A DNA stretch of 64,000 bases from Azolla caroliniana (Eukaryota > Plantae > Polypodiophyta). Positions within the stretch are counted from its first letter, which is position 1, and the number at the start of each line of letters is the position of its first letter. This document shows, piece by piece, positions 38,552-52,500 of this stretch. The notes under the pieces were generated by a model. It did no database searches, was not told where the DNA came from, and saw nothing but the letters and a program-made list of their open reading frames with translations. The stretch spans positions 3,100,001 through 3,164,000 of the forward strand of contig JBHGNT010000011.1 in assembly GCA_043228905.1 (NCBI GenBank), given 5' to 3'. A program made the position numbers and the translations under genes.

Positions 38552-41500
38552 CCGCGAGCACCACAGCAAGGAAGGTTCAGCTTCGACAGGAGTTGAGCAA
38601 CCTACGACAACGCGATTATTAAGGACATATGCAACTCCTTAGCTTCCATCGATGTGAACATCGAGGAAAGCGAGATGGTCCAGGTCAGTCTTGGGGGTTT
38701 GGCGTCAAAGTTCAGGGCGTTCCGAACTGTAGTGTGTACCCGGGAGAATACGCCGTCCTTTTTCGACTTACAGTCGATGCTCCTAGTAGAGGAGAACCAC
38801 GCGGGTGCGTCGACGAGCACGCACACCGACAACAAGATGTTGTACACGGAGGGAGAAAGGCCCCATGGTCGTGGCGGACGAGGCGAGTTGGTACGCAATG
38901 GAGGCGGCCGACGGGATCAAGGATGAACGCGCCGAAGTGATGCCGACAGCAATTCTGGACACTCCGGAAACAGGGGGAGTCGAGACGACGAGAACTAGAA
39001 AGGGAAATCCGCCACGGAATGATGGTACTGTGGCAAGAAAGGCCACAGGGAGAGCGAGTGCTAGAAGAAGCGCGCTGAGTCGGAGAGGTCTGGCTCCGGA
39101 CATACCGACAAAGGAAATCGACAGCAATCACACTACGCCGAAGGATCCGGAAAAGCCGGAAAAGGGTCAGTCTTCGTGACGAGACACGAAGCAAACTCAA
39201 TGAAACAGTCCGCCCCGAAATCAGACGAGGTGTGGTATGTCGACTCCGGTGCGTCAAACCACATGACGTGCCACAAGGAGTGGTTCTCATACCTTGAGAA
39301 ACCGACGCAACCAGGAGTAGTCGCAACTGGAGACGACAATCCACATCCGATCGCGAATGTCGGTGAAGTTCCCTTGAGCCATGTCTGGCAGAAAGGGAAA
39401 CTTATGAACGTGTTACACGTCCCGACCATCACGAAGAATCTGGTGTCGGTCGGGTAGATCGTCGACCAGGGGATGCAGGTTTAGTTTACGCATCTTGGGT
39501 GCTTCATTGAGGAAAAAGGCCGTATTATTGCGCAAGGGCGCAGAGATGGGAGGATGTTTATCCTCGACTCTACTGACGGTGGCACTGCAATCTTCGCGAA
39601 GTTACAAAAAGTCGAGTCGGACATCGACTTATGGCACAAACGGATAGGCCACGTCAACTACCAGCGGCTTCAAGACCTGCAATCGAAACAAGTGGTGTTT
39701 GGATTGCCCAAATTTAGTGGCCGGAAGGCAAAAATTTGTGAAGCCTGTCAGCTTGGGAAGCAACACCAACTTGCTTTCCCAAACGAGCGTAACTGGAACC
39801 GGAACAAGCTAGACTTGATACACTCTGATGTGTGGGGGCCAGCACAAAACGTTAGACTTGGCGGGAGCCGATATTTTGTCTCCTTCATCGACGACTACAC
39901 ACGGCACACGTGGACCTACCTCATTGAGAGGAAAAGCGAAGTCTTCGACTGTTTCCGAGACCTCAAAGGGTTCGTGGAAACGGAAACAGGAAGAAAGATC
40001 AAGTGCATGCGATCGGATGGCGGAAAAGAATACTTTTCCGGTCAATTCAACGGTTATCTACAACAGATGGGAATTCCGCGCGAATTCAGTTGTAGATACA
40101 CACCGGAGCAAAACGGCGTGGCCGAGAGAAAAAATCGGTCAGTTGTGGAAGCTGCACACACAATGCTGGAGGAGAAGAGCTTGCCCAAGTTCTATTGGGC
40201 CGAGGCGGTAAGAACCGCGGTATACATCCAGAACTGGATTGGAGAAAAAGTGTCGGCGTACGAGCTATACTTTGGAACAAAGCTGAACTTGCGACACTTA
40301 TGAGTTTTCGGTAGCATTGCATATGTACATGTGCCGAAGGAGAAAAGGAGGAAGTTGGACGCAAAAGCCGAGAAGCGTATCTTGGCCGGCTATTCCGACG
40401 AGCAAAAGGGTTATAAGTGCTATAACCCACATACCAAACAACCGCGCGTGAGCCGCGACGTTGTGTTTGATGAGTCCGCGTCCTGGTACTTGCCTCCGAC
40501 TCCGGACCTCAACTCCAATCCGAGTTCTGACGATGAGGACAGCGAGGCCGAGGTGCCTCCGGCTGAGCTTGAAATCGGGACCCCCGAAGAGAGTCTGATG
40601 TCGGTTCGGTTAAGTGGACCGAATGGACGATTGAGTCGGTACGACCAGTCCGATGAATAGCCGGCGAGTAGTGGAGACTCGGCCATGCATTCCCCGCGTA
40701 GGAAGATGAGGAGACGGCTTACGCGCGAAGAGAAAGGGAAGAAGAAGGTGTCGGATCCCGGCACGGATAGGAACGAGTTAGATCGACGCGAGTCCGACTC
40801 CGAGGGAAGCGGTGACGGGCCTTCAGGAACGAAGTCCGCGTCGGTCGAGAAGACCTCGACATCGGCTAATAACCGATTATGCCGATCTACCCGCCAAAAG
40901 AACCCGATTGTGCGGTTCGGATACAACGAGTACATGGCGCATCACTATGCGTACATGACCCGTGTAGCGGAAGTGCGTGAGCCAGAGAGCTACGCAGAAG
41001 CGGCGAAGGACGCGAATTGGCGCGCCGCGATAGAGGAAGAGATGCACGCATTGGCGGAAAACGAGACCTGGGACCTGGTTGACGCACCGAAGGGTGTGAA
41101 GCCGATGGAATGTAGGTGGGTGTACAAGGTCAAGTACAACACTGACGACTCGGTCAATCGATACAAGACCCGGTTAGTGGCAAAAGGTTACGTGCAGAAA
41201 CACGGCATCGACTACGATGAGACGTTCGCGCCGGTCGCAAAGATGAGGATTGTCCGTGTTTTGCTCGCAGTAGCCGCGGCCAAGGGGTGGCACCTCCATC
41301 AGATGGATGTAAAGAATGCATTCCTGCAAGGTGAGCTTGAGGACAAAGTGTACATGATACAGCCCCCCGGATTTCACTCCGGATCGAACACGTCGGTAGT
41401 ATGCCGATTGAAGAAGTCCCTTTACGGACTGAAGCAAGCCCCGCGTGCCTGGAATGTGAAAATCACGCATCGACTGCGTCGGATGGGCTTTGCGACGTCA

Positions 41501-43400
41501 AACTCGGACTCCTCGTTGTTGACTTGGTCATCACCGGCGCCGACCTAGGTGAGATCAACCGCGTGAAGCTCCAGCTTGCGGCATCATTCGACATGAAGGA
41601 TCTGGGGGATCTTCATTACTTCCTCGGTATCGAAGTGATCCGTACCCCCGAAGGCATACTAATCAGCCAACGTCATTACGTGCCGAATATGCTCTTCAAA
41701 TTCGGGATGGCAGACTGTAAGTCCATCTCGACTCCTCTAGATAGAACTGTCAAGCTTCGCCCCAATTCCGGCAAGGTTTGCGATCCGACAAGGTTCCGAC
41801 AAGTTGTCGGAAGCCTTATCTACTTGACAATCACCCGACCCGATCTCAGTTATCCGGTCGGGGTGATCAGTTAGTTCATGGCGCGACCTATCGAGGAGCA
41901 TCTTCAGTGTGCGCAACACGTACTGGGGTACGTATGCGGCACTAAGGACCTCGGACTGCTATATCAGACCGATACAGCCCCGCAGTTGGTCGGCTACACT
42001 GATGCCGATTGGGCCGGCAATGTCGTCGATCGCCGATCCACGTCCGGGTATACGTTCTCTCTTGGGAGTGCCGCGATAGCGTGGAGTAGCAAGAAGCAGC
42101 CGACAGTTGCACTGTCGAGCACCGGAGCCGAGTATAGAGGGGCAGTTGTCGCAACATGCGAAGCCATCTGGTTGAAGCGGCTACTTAAGGATCTGCAGGT
42201 GGAGGTGTCCGATCCAACGACGATCTACTGCGACAACATCAGCAGCATCCAACTCATGAAGAACCCCGTCTTCCACGCACGGACCAAGCACATTGAGGTG
42301 CACTACCATTTTGTTCGTGAGCGTGTCCTTTCTGGTGAAGTCGAACTTCAATATGTTCCGACGGATCGGTAGATCCCCGACATCTTCACCAAGCCTCTTG
42401 GTCTGGACAAGTTGCGGCAATTTTTGGGTGCGCTTGGGTTGCGTCACTTCGACATGCCGAACTTGAGGGGGAGAAACGTCCCAGATGACCACGAAAGGGA
42501 GCAGGAAAGGAGCGGAAAAGACCTCGGATCGGCTGAAGTAGCCGAGAGCGGATCCGCGGAAGAGTCCGAAAGCGGACACAAGGGGAGTAGCCGAAAGAAA
42601 GAGCCAAAGCCAACCAGGCATGGGGGAGATGATGCAGTCAAGGGAGGGAAGACCGGAGATGAGTTGGAGACAGCCAACTCGGACGAGAGTGAAAACCGAT
42701 CGGAGGTAGCTGAGTCGGTTCGGATGTTTGATTCAGATACACTGAATCAACTGAGGGCCAAGCGGAAAAGAAGGCAGCTGGAGAAGCGCCAACACCACAA
42801 GGGACCTGTGAAGGGCCGTGGGAGCAGACAAGCCGACCAGAAGGGTCGAAGCGCGCGGAGTCGAACAGGCCGAGGAGCGCGAGCGAGGCGTGAAGCTAGG
42901 AGAAGCCGGTCCGGCAGAGCAGGTGAAGCTAGGTGAAGCTAGGTCCGGCAGAGCAGGTGGAACCTCAAGTTGAGCTTGAGGGGGAGTGTTGAGAGACAAG
43001 CTCAACATTTGTGCGTAATATGATGCGTAACCAGTGCCTAGACTGGGTGCATAAAACCGGTACGCAGACCGGTGCGTAGAAAGGCCGTATCGGTGGGTAG
43101 AACGGAAGGCCGTTAGAAAGATATTCCTCGTAAGGAATAGTTTTGGGAGTAAGTGTCGAGGCTCATTTATGAGCAGTCAAGTACTGTCAGTACTTGTGTC
43201 AGCTGTTGTCAGGGCTTGTATAAAAGTGCTCACTGAGTACATCCTATGTACAGATTGAGTATTATTTTCGAATTTAAGTTCTAGTGTTACTCTGTCTCTG
43301 TCTCTCCCGTGCGTACAGTGAAAACCTATGCTTTCCATTAAACCTGCGTTTTCTGTTGTTCGGTTTTCCTATATTGCTTCCGCACGCCATTCTTTTCACG
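38552..43400 (+). mobile_element. Copia family A copy A2, 5'-truncated, decayed
   Basis: gag, PR, INT, RT and RH fragments (38654-42372), PPT 42978-42986, 3' LTR 42987-43400. Confidence 0.92.
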
Positions 43401-43546
43401 AACCCAGGAGTCAAAGTATGGACAAACAATCGAACATCCGAACACAGGGAATCGAACAATCGAAATCGTAAGCCGTGTCGAAATTGAAGTTTTCGAAGAT
43501 TGAACCGAAACCTTTTCGGCATCCGGAAGTTGTGTTCGAAGGGGCG

Positions 43547-43798
43547 TGTTGAGAATCGAACTCAACTTCCCATAGGAATAGTGTTCACACTAGTCGATGG
43601 ACAACTTACTAGGATATTTTTGTAATTAATAGAAAGGGCATTTTCCCTAGGCTAGGTATTTAAACCAACCTTTTGTAACTTAGTTATTGTTGGATGTAAT
43701 AGTTTCTTGGTTAGAGCTCTCAATCACTCTCTCTCTCATTCTCTCTTGTGCACATACACACACACACATACACACACACATCCTTCCACTACACAGGA
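43547..43798 (+). repeat. Copia D 3' LTR (3' end clipped)
   Basis: Follows purine tract gaaggggcg and is colinear with 12796-13052. Confidence 0.85.
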
Positions 43799-46700
43799 TC
43801 TAAATGTATGTTATGCATGATGAGTCCTTTTTGCCAGAGATGCTTAATATGTCAATTATGCAAGACGTTGTGACATCGGATCATTTTCCCATATGTTTTG
43901 AGTTCAATAAACATGGGTAGATATGTACAAAACATTGCTTGATTGAGTTCCTTTGAGGTTTAATTCTTCTTCATTATTACATTCCTTATTTGATGCCTAT
44001 ATGCAACAAATTTTTGGCATGTTTTCAGAACAAGTTATTTCAAAAGCATGGCATGCATGGGATACAACACTACAAAACATCAATGATATTCACCATCTAT
44101 ATGGTATGGCTAATGCTAAAAGACGTAAGAAATTGGTTGATAAGTTTTCATATATTCTTACGTGATGCAATGTACTATTGATGAATAATCCACACGATGA
44201 AGAGCTTTTGGATGTTCAAGTTCAAGTACAAGATATTGTGAAGAATTTATCTTGTCAAAGTTATCAACAAACAAGACTATGTCAATTAAAGGAGGAATTT
44301 ATAGATAATCAATCACAATCTCATATATTTTTTCAAGGATTAAGACCACCATATGCTCATTCAAATGTGGTACAAATTAAGATAGGGGATGACATTGTTG
44401 TAGACCCAATCAAGGTTATTGAGTTATGTATTACTCATTTTGAGAATTTGATTGGGCCAGAGTTGATTATTAATGATGATGTGTTGAAAGCACGACAAGA
44501 GTTTTATAATGTAATTGGGAGTGTCGTGAATACAAATACTTGTCAAGAATTGGTACTGATTTTGAAGAAGTTGAGGTGGAAAAGCTATTATTACACCTTC
44601 CAAATGGTAAAAGCCCTAGTTGGGATGGTGTTACAAATGAATTTTTTAAGAAGTATGCTAGCATGCTTAAGATTCCATTCACACAAATGTTTCAACAATG
44701 TTGGGATTCTGTTTTCATGCTTGAGAGCTGGAAGGTGGGCTTAATCAAATTGATACCAAAGGTACCATCTTCGGAGTCCTTTCATCAATGGAGGCCTATT
44801 TCATTGATGGGAGGGTTAATACAAAGTGTTTGCAAAGATATTATCCAATAGACTTAAAAAGTTCTTACTTCAACTTATTCATCCATCTCAATATGGTTTT
44901 ATTACAAGTAGAAATATATTGCATAATGTTTTGAATGTTCAAATGGCTACCGATTATGCTCGACATACACATCAAGAAATGGTTATGGTGCAATTAGATT
45001 TGGAAAAAGCATATGATCCTGTTACTTGGTCTTTCCTCTTAAGTGTGATGTATAATATGGGGTTTGGTCCTCGTATGTGTCGACTAATCTTTTTGCTAGG
45101 GCAAAATGCGACCTCGTGTGTGATGCTTAATGGCGGAGTTACTCCGAAAGTGTTTCTTACTAGATCCATGCAGCAAGGATGTCCACTAAGCCCATTGTTA
45201 TTTGCTATTATTACACATCCTTTGTTAGTAATGTTGTCAAATCTTGCGACTAATGGTGATATTATGGGTTTGCATCTTCCTTCTGGTGGACAATTGGTGG
45301 GACAAGCACTGGCTGATTATTCTTTTTTGTTTTTACAAACCTCAAAAGAAAATCTTGAAAGGAGTTTGCAAGTTTGGGATCAATTTGCTTTGGCTTCAGG
45401 GTTGTATATAAATTGGAGGAAGTCTCGTCTTATTTCTTGTATGGAGAGTGATTTGGAATGTTTGGGATGGCGCGGGTCAGTGATTACACGAGGATCAATT
45501 TATCGACATTTGGCTTATCCATTGGGTGTTGATGTTACAAATGTTCAATTGATTGATTTGATTGGTAGTAAATTGAAGGACAAATTTATGTATTGGAAGT
45601 CTCAATTATGGCCCTTTCATGTATGACTCAAAGTGGTGCAATGTATCTTGATATCCATGTTATTATATTTTTTGCCTTTACTACCTTGGACTAAGAAGGC
45701 ATTACAAAACATTTTACAACCTATTCGGTTCATGTTGTGGCTGAAGGAGAAATGATGGGAGTTACATGGATTTCATGGAACCATTTGGCTACTCCTAAAA
45801 GGTTAGGTGATGCAGCAATATTGGATTTGGAAAGGCATTTGATGGCTCTTAGATTTGCATTATTACGAGATATATGTCAACGAGATCATTCATGGATATC
45901 AATGATGCAATATTTTATTGAGCATGAAGGATTGGTGCACGGGAAAACAAAGATTCAAGCATCCTGGTGGTCATTACTCAATGGAAGTATTCCTCTAAAG
46001 ATTCGACATTCTGTATGTGGACAACATTTGGTAAGATCGTGGCAAGGTGCATTATCTCTTTTTGAATGGGGACCATCAAGTGATCGAGAATATTGTAATT
46101 CATTACAAAATGAATTGCTTGTTTCTTCTCGAGTGTTGTTTTGGCATGGGAAAGAGAAGTTGAGATCTCAATTCAATCGTTTATTTCGATTGGGGATTGT
46201 ATATTTGGAAGATGTGGTTGATAATGAATCTCAAAGGTTGTCAGATTTTGAAGATGCCAAGCAATGGTTATGTATTCCCCCAAATTATGGATTTATTAGG
46301 GAGAAATTACAAGATATACCATTGTTGCAAGGATCTTTGCCATTGAAAACAAATTTTGTAGCTTGGGTGGATTGGCGATTACAAGATGGTACACACTTGT
46401 TACAGGTCACTAGACAAATATATTATATCATCATGCGATGACATCATTATCTTGGCTATCTCCTAAAGCAGCAAAGTTGTGGAATGTATGTAAGTTAGAT
46501 GCAAGGTGGTGGAAAATATTACAACGTAGTTGGCATTCCCATCTACCATTTCGTGCAAAGGTATTCATATGGAGAGTCCTGATTCATGGGCTCCCATTAG
46601 GTTCGGCCTTAAAGACACGAGGACTAGGGTCCGACACTTGTTTCTTATGCACCATTCAATTGGAGGATAGTACACATAGGTTCATTAAATGTCCTATAGT

Positions 46701-46960
46701 GTGTACCATTTGGAAGTAATTATGGGACGTTTGGCAAGTTTTAACCCGTTGTTTGAGACCTCAACAATGGGGTTTTTCTCAATATGTTCAAAATGGGTCA
46801 AATGATGAGATAGAGATATTGTTCCAATTTTTATGTTATTGGGGTCTACAACACAATTGGAATATGCATAATGCTTTCCTGTTTGATAATAGACATGGGG
46901 TGAAAATCTATATAAAGAAGCTTAAAGGTATTCTCACGTAAAGAATATGTGTCATAGAAC
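43799..46960 (+). pseudogene. L1-clade LINE ORF2 (end of endonuclease, RT, zf-RVT), decayed
   Basis: SDHFPI (~43876), KSPSWDG, WRPISL, LDLEKAYD, QGCPLSPLLF, CFLC..EDSTHRFIKC. Many stops and frameshifts, AT-rich. Confidence 0.92.
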
Positions 46961-47069
46961 ATTAACTTCTATGACACACTAGTTACTATACAAGGAGGTG
47001 GGGTGTCCACACACTTGAGTATCCTAAAGTGTGTTCCCACACACAGGAAGTTGAGTTTGATTCTCAACA
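46961..47069 (-). repeat. Truncated Copia LTR fragment
   Basis: Ends gttgagtttgattctcaaca and carries the tgtgtcatagaa/ttctatgacaca palindrome. Confidence 0.75.
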
Positions 47070-47172
47070 GTTCCTAATATATACATAAGCCTCGTTCATG
47101 TGCATCCTCGCACACCCCCGTTCACGCACATCCGGACCCCCTTTCCTCCTATGGCCGGAATCCTTCACGACA
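47070..47172 (-). repeat. Gypsy LTR 5'-end fragment
   Basis: Ends cttcacgaca, the reverse complement of the Gypsy terminus TGTCGTGAAG. Confidence 0.65.
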
Positions 47173-47478
47173 ACATAGTTCGGGTTCATTCGGTATCGAG
47201 CATAGTTTGGGTTCATTCAGTATCGCGTTGCTGGACCGGCTTGGCATCCTTGTGAGATGTATTTGTGCTGGTAGAATTTGGGGTCAAGCCCCTTCATGTC
47301 CTCATGCGTCCATGCAAATACATTGCGATAATCCTTCAACAGTGCCTGATGGGAAGAATGCGTGGAAGTGAGTACATGTCAGTGAATGTGCACAACGAAC
47401 AACACAAAGAGTACGACTGAAGAAATGATGGAAATATAGACACAGTTCAAGCTCAAATGGAAGCTCTCGTTATTCTTT

Positions 47479-47524
<46 letters not shown>

Positions 47525-49528
47525 ACTCTAGATAAAAGAATGATCAAGCAGAAGAGTTACAACATTAGGTTAATGCTTATATACTAGGCCCAAGCTATTT
47601 GCACATGTTCACGCTAGGATACAAAGTGGAAGGAGTCAACCTGTTATGCCAACAAACTCTGTCGTAAAAGGACTACACTTTCTTACATGTACAACTGATT
47701 GGGGTTATCTCCCCCGTAACCCTAAATTACAAAATTAATCTAAATATATATTACAAGTCAGTCGGCATGTAGCTGAGTTGGTAGAGGTGACGTCGATGTC
47801 TAGCCTGATTCAGCTAGCCTCAAGGTTCAACTAGTTCGAGTCGGTCAAATTGACTTGTTTGAATCGTTCTTCATTCGAATCGGTCAGATTGTCGCAATCG
47901 GCTTGGGTCAGATTCTCGATTTCGGCCTTGTGTCGATTGTTCATAGCTCTCTTGTTTCAGCTCATGTGCTCCTTATTGGATCCTCGATCTGTATCTGAGT
48001 TCGTTCGCCTCTCAATCGTTTCCTTTCCAATCAGTATCCTCGCTCAGAGTAATTTCTTCAACCCCTTGTGTTTCCGAATCTATCGATTTCGCTCTTCTCG
48101 TGAGTCTATTCAGGTCAGTTTTGACATCCCTTCTGCTCCTTGTTTGACTCTCTTTTGCTCAGTCACTTGTCGTAGTCCCATCTTTGTCCTCAATGCTCCG
48201 AAGCGTTGATCTAGGAGTAGTTTTGTCAAGCAATCAGTGATGTTCACCTCAGTGTCGATCTTCCGAACTTCGAGCTTTTTCTCAGTTATGAGATCCCGGA
48301 TGTGATGATACCACACCTCGATATGTTTCGTTTTAGCATGAATACAGAGTTGTTTATGAGGTGTATTGCGCTCTGTGAGTCACAATAGATGGCCGGTTCG
48401 GTTTGTAGCCGAAAAGTCAACAGTCAATTGGTGTAGCCAAATCGCTTCCTTCGCTGCCTCCGATGCTGCTATGTACTCCGCCTCTATGGTCGATAGGGCC
48501 GTGCACTCTTGCAGCTTTTACCTCCATGATATGGCGCCGTCACCATAGTTGAAAATGTAGCCTGATGGCGACTTCCGATTATCTGGATTCCCGGCGTAGT
48601 CGGAATCAGTGTAGCCTTCAGCTTCAATCGGGTTTGCCGATCCAAAAGTTAGTTGTGCATCTTCGGTTCCTTTTAGGTACTTGAAGATGTGTTTGACGGC
48701 CTCCCAATGCTTCCGTCCTAGGTTCGACATGTACCGGCTGACGACCCCCATGGCATATGCAAGATCGGGTTTGCTCGCCACCATTGCGTACATGATACTT
48801 CCTACTACCGATGAATAGGGTATCTTTCCATTGAGCTCTCTCTCCTTATCCATTGAAGAAGAGCCTCTGTTCGATAGTCGAATCGACGTCGGAAGTAGTG
48901 TTGGCTTCACGTTCTCTATGTTGAAGCGCCTTAGCACCTTTCGAATGTAGTAAGACTGGGAGAGTTAGAGAGACTTTGTCTTCTAATTTCGGTTGATCCT
49001 CATGCCCAGTATGTATCGGGCTTGTCTGAGTTCCTTCATCGCAAACTTGTCATGAAGGCTCTGCTTTATCTTTCCGATTTTGGCTTGATTGCTCCTTGCA
49101 ATTAGCATGTCGTCAACATATAGGATTAGATAGATCCGGGACTCGTCAGCTAGTTGCCGAGTATATAGACATGGGTCGGAGTCGGACCGGTTGTAGTCGA
49201 GTTGTTGGATGTAGGAGTCGAACTTCTAGTACCACATCCTCTATGCTTGTTTTAAGTTGTATAGGCTTTTCTTCAATCGACATATGAGGTGACTTTCCTT
49301 GCCTCATCGCCGAGAAGCCTACCAGTTGGGACATGTAAATGTCTTCTTCCAAGTCTCCGTGTAGGAATGCCGTCTTTACATGGAGTTGCTCAACCTCTAG
49401 GTCCTTTGTCGCCACGACCCCGAGTAGGAGTCAAAGGGTGGTCATCTTGACTACTGGAGAAAATATCTCGTCGTAGTTGACTCCATGTTCTTGCTTGAAG
49501 CCCTTCGCGACGAGCCAAGCTTTGTATT

Positions 49529-52500
49529 TGTTGAAGATAAATGTACAAGCTCAAATTGACATGAGCTATGATTGTTTATGTTTATAAAGTTGTATGGTGA
49601 ATATTTATCTAAAGACTATAGTGAATAGCATATAATGGGTAAATATATGTGGTAGGTGAGAATTAGACATAAAATCAATGGCTACAAAAGTGGCGTCTAA
49701 TACGTGAGTCAAGTTGTAAGTAGCTAGCATAAACATAAGGTATAAATAGGTATAAAATGAGTTCTATACATATAGAAAAAAGGAGAGCAAGAGGAATACC
49801 TTAAGTGTCATATGTAAGTGAGAAGTGCTATAGATTGTCTTTGATATAGATTGTTAGTCTCTCTCTCACGGTCTCTTTTGTATCAGCTATTTTGTAAGAT
49901 TCATATCTTAATGAATACATAGCCATTTCTTATGTTTAAACAGTCTTTGGAAAGCTCATTCTGTGTAGTTTCTGTGTATAAATTGCAGCCTTGGATTCAT
50001 CATATTATTGGAGTTATCAATCTGAGAGTGAAAGGTGTCTATCCATGTATTGGACCTACAACGGTTCACTATACGCTTCTTACTGTGAATAGGAGGACAA
50101 ATTCTCCACAGTTGGTATTAGAGCTTGTCTGGTGAAAAAGATTCATCAACAATCCTCGAGTTGAGGAAAAGCAAGAAGAACTAAAGAGAAAGGGGGAGAT
50201 TCACGAAACAAGAGTAGAGAACTACACAATTATTAGAGGCAACCCTCATTATTTTTTATATATTTTGAATGGCTGAGTTGGGTCAACAAGTAGAGAAATT
50301 GGATAAAGATAACTACCCTATATGGAAGTTTTGAATGACCAATTACCTAATGGGCAAAGGCTTGTGGGGTATGGTGAGCGGAGAGGATGCTCAACCTAAA
50401 ATCGATCAAGCTACAACCACTTAAACCCAAAGGAGACAAGGAAAAGAATGGGAAGAGAGGAATAGGAAAGGCATGTTCCTCATTTCACAAGTAATCAATA
50501 ATTCCATGGTAGGGCATATTCAACATCTAAAAATTGTTAAGGATGCATGGGAAACTCTTGAAAGGATGTATTCAACAAATACAAAAGCTAGGAAACTTCA
50601 ATTAAAAAATGAGTTGAACACAATTAAGAAAAGTTCAAGTCAATCTATAGATGAATATACATTGAAGATCAAGGAGTTACGAGATGCTTTAGCTTCTATT
50701 GGTACAATAGTTGAAGATGAAGATCTTGTGTGTTGTACTCTCAATGGATTGAGAGAAGATGAAAGATGGAAGCCTTTTATAACTTCCATGAATTTGAAAG
50801 ATGAATATCCAAAGTTTGATAAACTAATCCCTGATCTTGTCATAGAAGAGCTTAGCTTTGGTGCTTTTAAAGGAAAGGATAGCTACAACCAAGTGTTGTA
50901 TGCAAGTCAAGGTAAAGGAAGGATTTCAAGAGGAGGCTCAAGAGGAAAAGGAAAAGGTCACAACAACTTCAACTTCAATCAAATTAATTTGGAGGAAACC
51001 AAGGATGGATCAACTGACAACACACAAGGAAGAGGCCGAGGAAAATTTAGAGGGAGAGGTCGAGATTTCTACAACTCCCACAAAAGTATAACATGTTATC
51101 ATTGTGGTAAAGTAGGACATTATGCTAGTGATTGTTGGCTGAAAAATGGAAGGAAAAATGGAGGAAATCAAAGAACTCAAAGCAATTATGCAAGCACCTC
51201 AAGCGAAGGTATTAAGGATACATTACTTGCAATGAGTCATGAGTTTAGAAGCTCTTATGAAGATGATGGAAAATGGTATATTGATTCAGGTTGTAGTAAT
51301 CATATGTCATGCCAAGAAAGTATGTTCACTAATTTACAGATACCAAATGGGAAAGGATGTGTTGAGACATGTGATGATACTCAACACACGATTGAACACA
51401 TTGGAGATGTAAGGCTTGGAGACACAAGTAAAGCAAAGGTATTATCAAATGTTCTTCATGTTCCTACAATTTCAAAGAACTTGATTTCAGTAGGACAAAT
51501 GGTAGAGAACAGTTATCATGTCACATTCAATGAAAATGGGTGCTTTATAAAGAATCCTAAAGAAGGTTTCAAGGTCATTGCTCAAGGTAAACGAGAAGGA
51601 AGAATGTTCACCTTGGACATTCAAAATCCTTATGGAAAGGTCATGTATATTCAATTTGGGGACAAGAAAATCTCGGAGCTAGATTTATGGCACAAAAGGA
51701 TAGGACACAATAACATTCCAAAGCTAAAGGACATGAGCAAACATGAAGTGGTAAGAGGTCTTCCAAAATTTCATAGTATTGGATTACATGAATTGTGTGA
51801 AACTTGTCAATTAGGTAAACAAACAAGGCAACCATTCAAGAGGAGCAATTATGTGGCCCCAAATGTCTTGGATTTAATACATACGGATGTATGGGGACCT
51901 ACCCAAGAGTCATCAATGGCTGGTAATAGATTTTTCGTCACTTTCATTGATGATCATTTAAGAAAGGTATGGTTGTTTTGTATGAAACAAAAATCGAATG
52001 TGTTTTCTATATTCAAGAGATTCAAAAATGAAGTTGAAAAAGAAACAGGAAAGCATATCAAAATCTTAAGATCCGATGGTGGAAGAGAGTACTTCTCCAA
52101 TGAGTTTTCAGATTTCTTACAAGAGAATGGGATTAAAAGGCAATTTACTTGTCGATATACGCCTCAACAAAACAGCGTAGCTGAGAGGAAAAATAGGCAA
52201 ATCGCAGAAGTCGCAAGATGCATGTTGAACGAGATGAAAATACCATTACACTATTGAGCTGAAGCTACCACAATTGCCGTTTACTTGATGAATAGATGCA
52301 AAACATCAAGAATACATAACTTGACACCAGAGGAGGTATATTCTTGTAGAAAACCTAATCTTACACACCTAAAAGTTTTTGGATGTGTTTGTTTTGTTCA
52401 CATTCCTCAAGAAGTAAGAACAAAGATGGAACCAAGGTCAAAAAAATGCATTTTCATTAGCTATTTGATGGAGCAAAAAGGATATAAGTGTTATAATCCT

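Larger units (their letters stand above)
12796..43798 (+). mobile_element. Copia element D, expanded to 31 kb by nested insertions
   Basis: 5' LTR 12796-13052 matches the 3' LTR at 43547-~43798. PBS tggtgtcagag 13053. gag/PR pieces at 13184-13825, 21069-21515 and 33017-33252 rejoin across TSDs. Confidence 0.82.

Noticed and set aside
47174-47226. Two ~27-bp direct repeats as a CRISPR or satellite array
   Set aside because: Only two adjacent units, no spacers, eukaryotic TE context.
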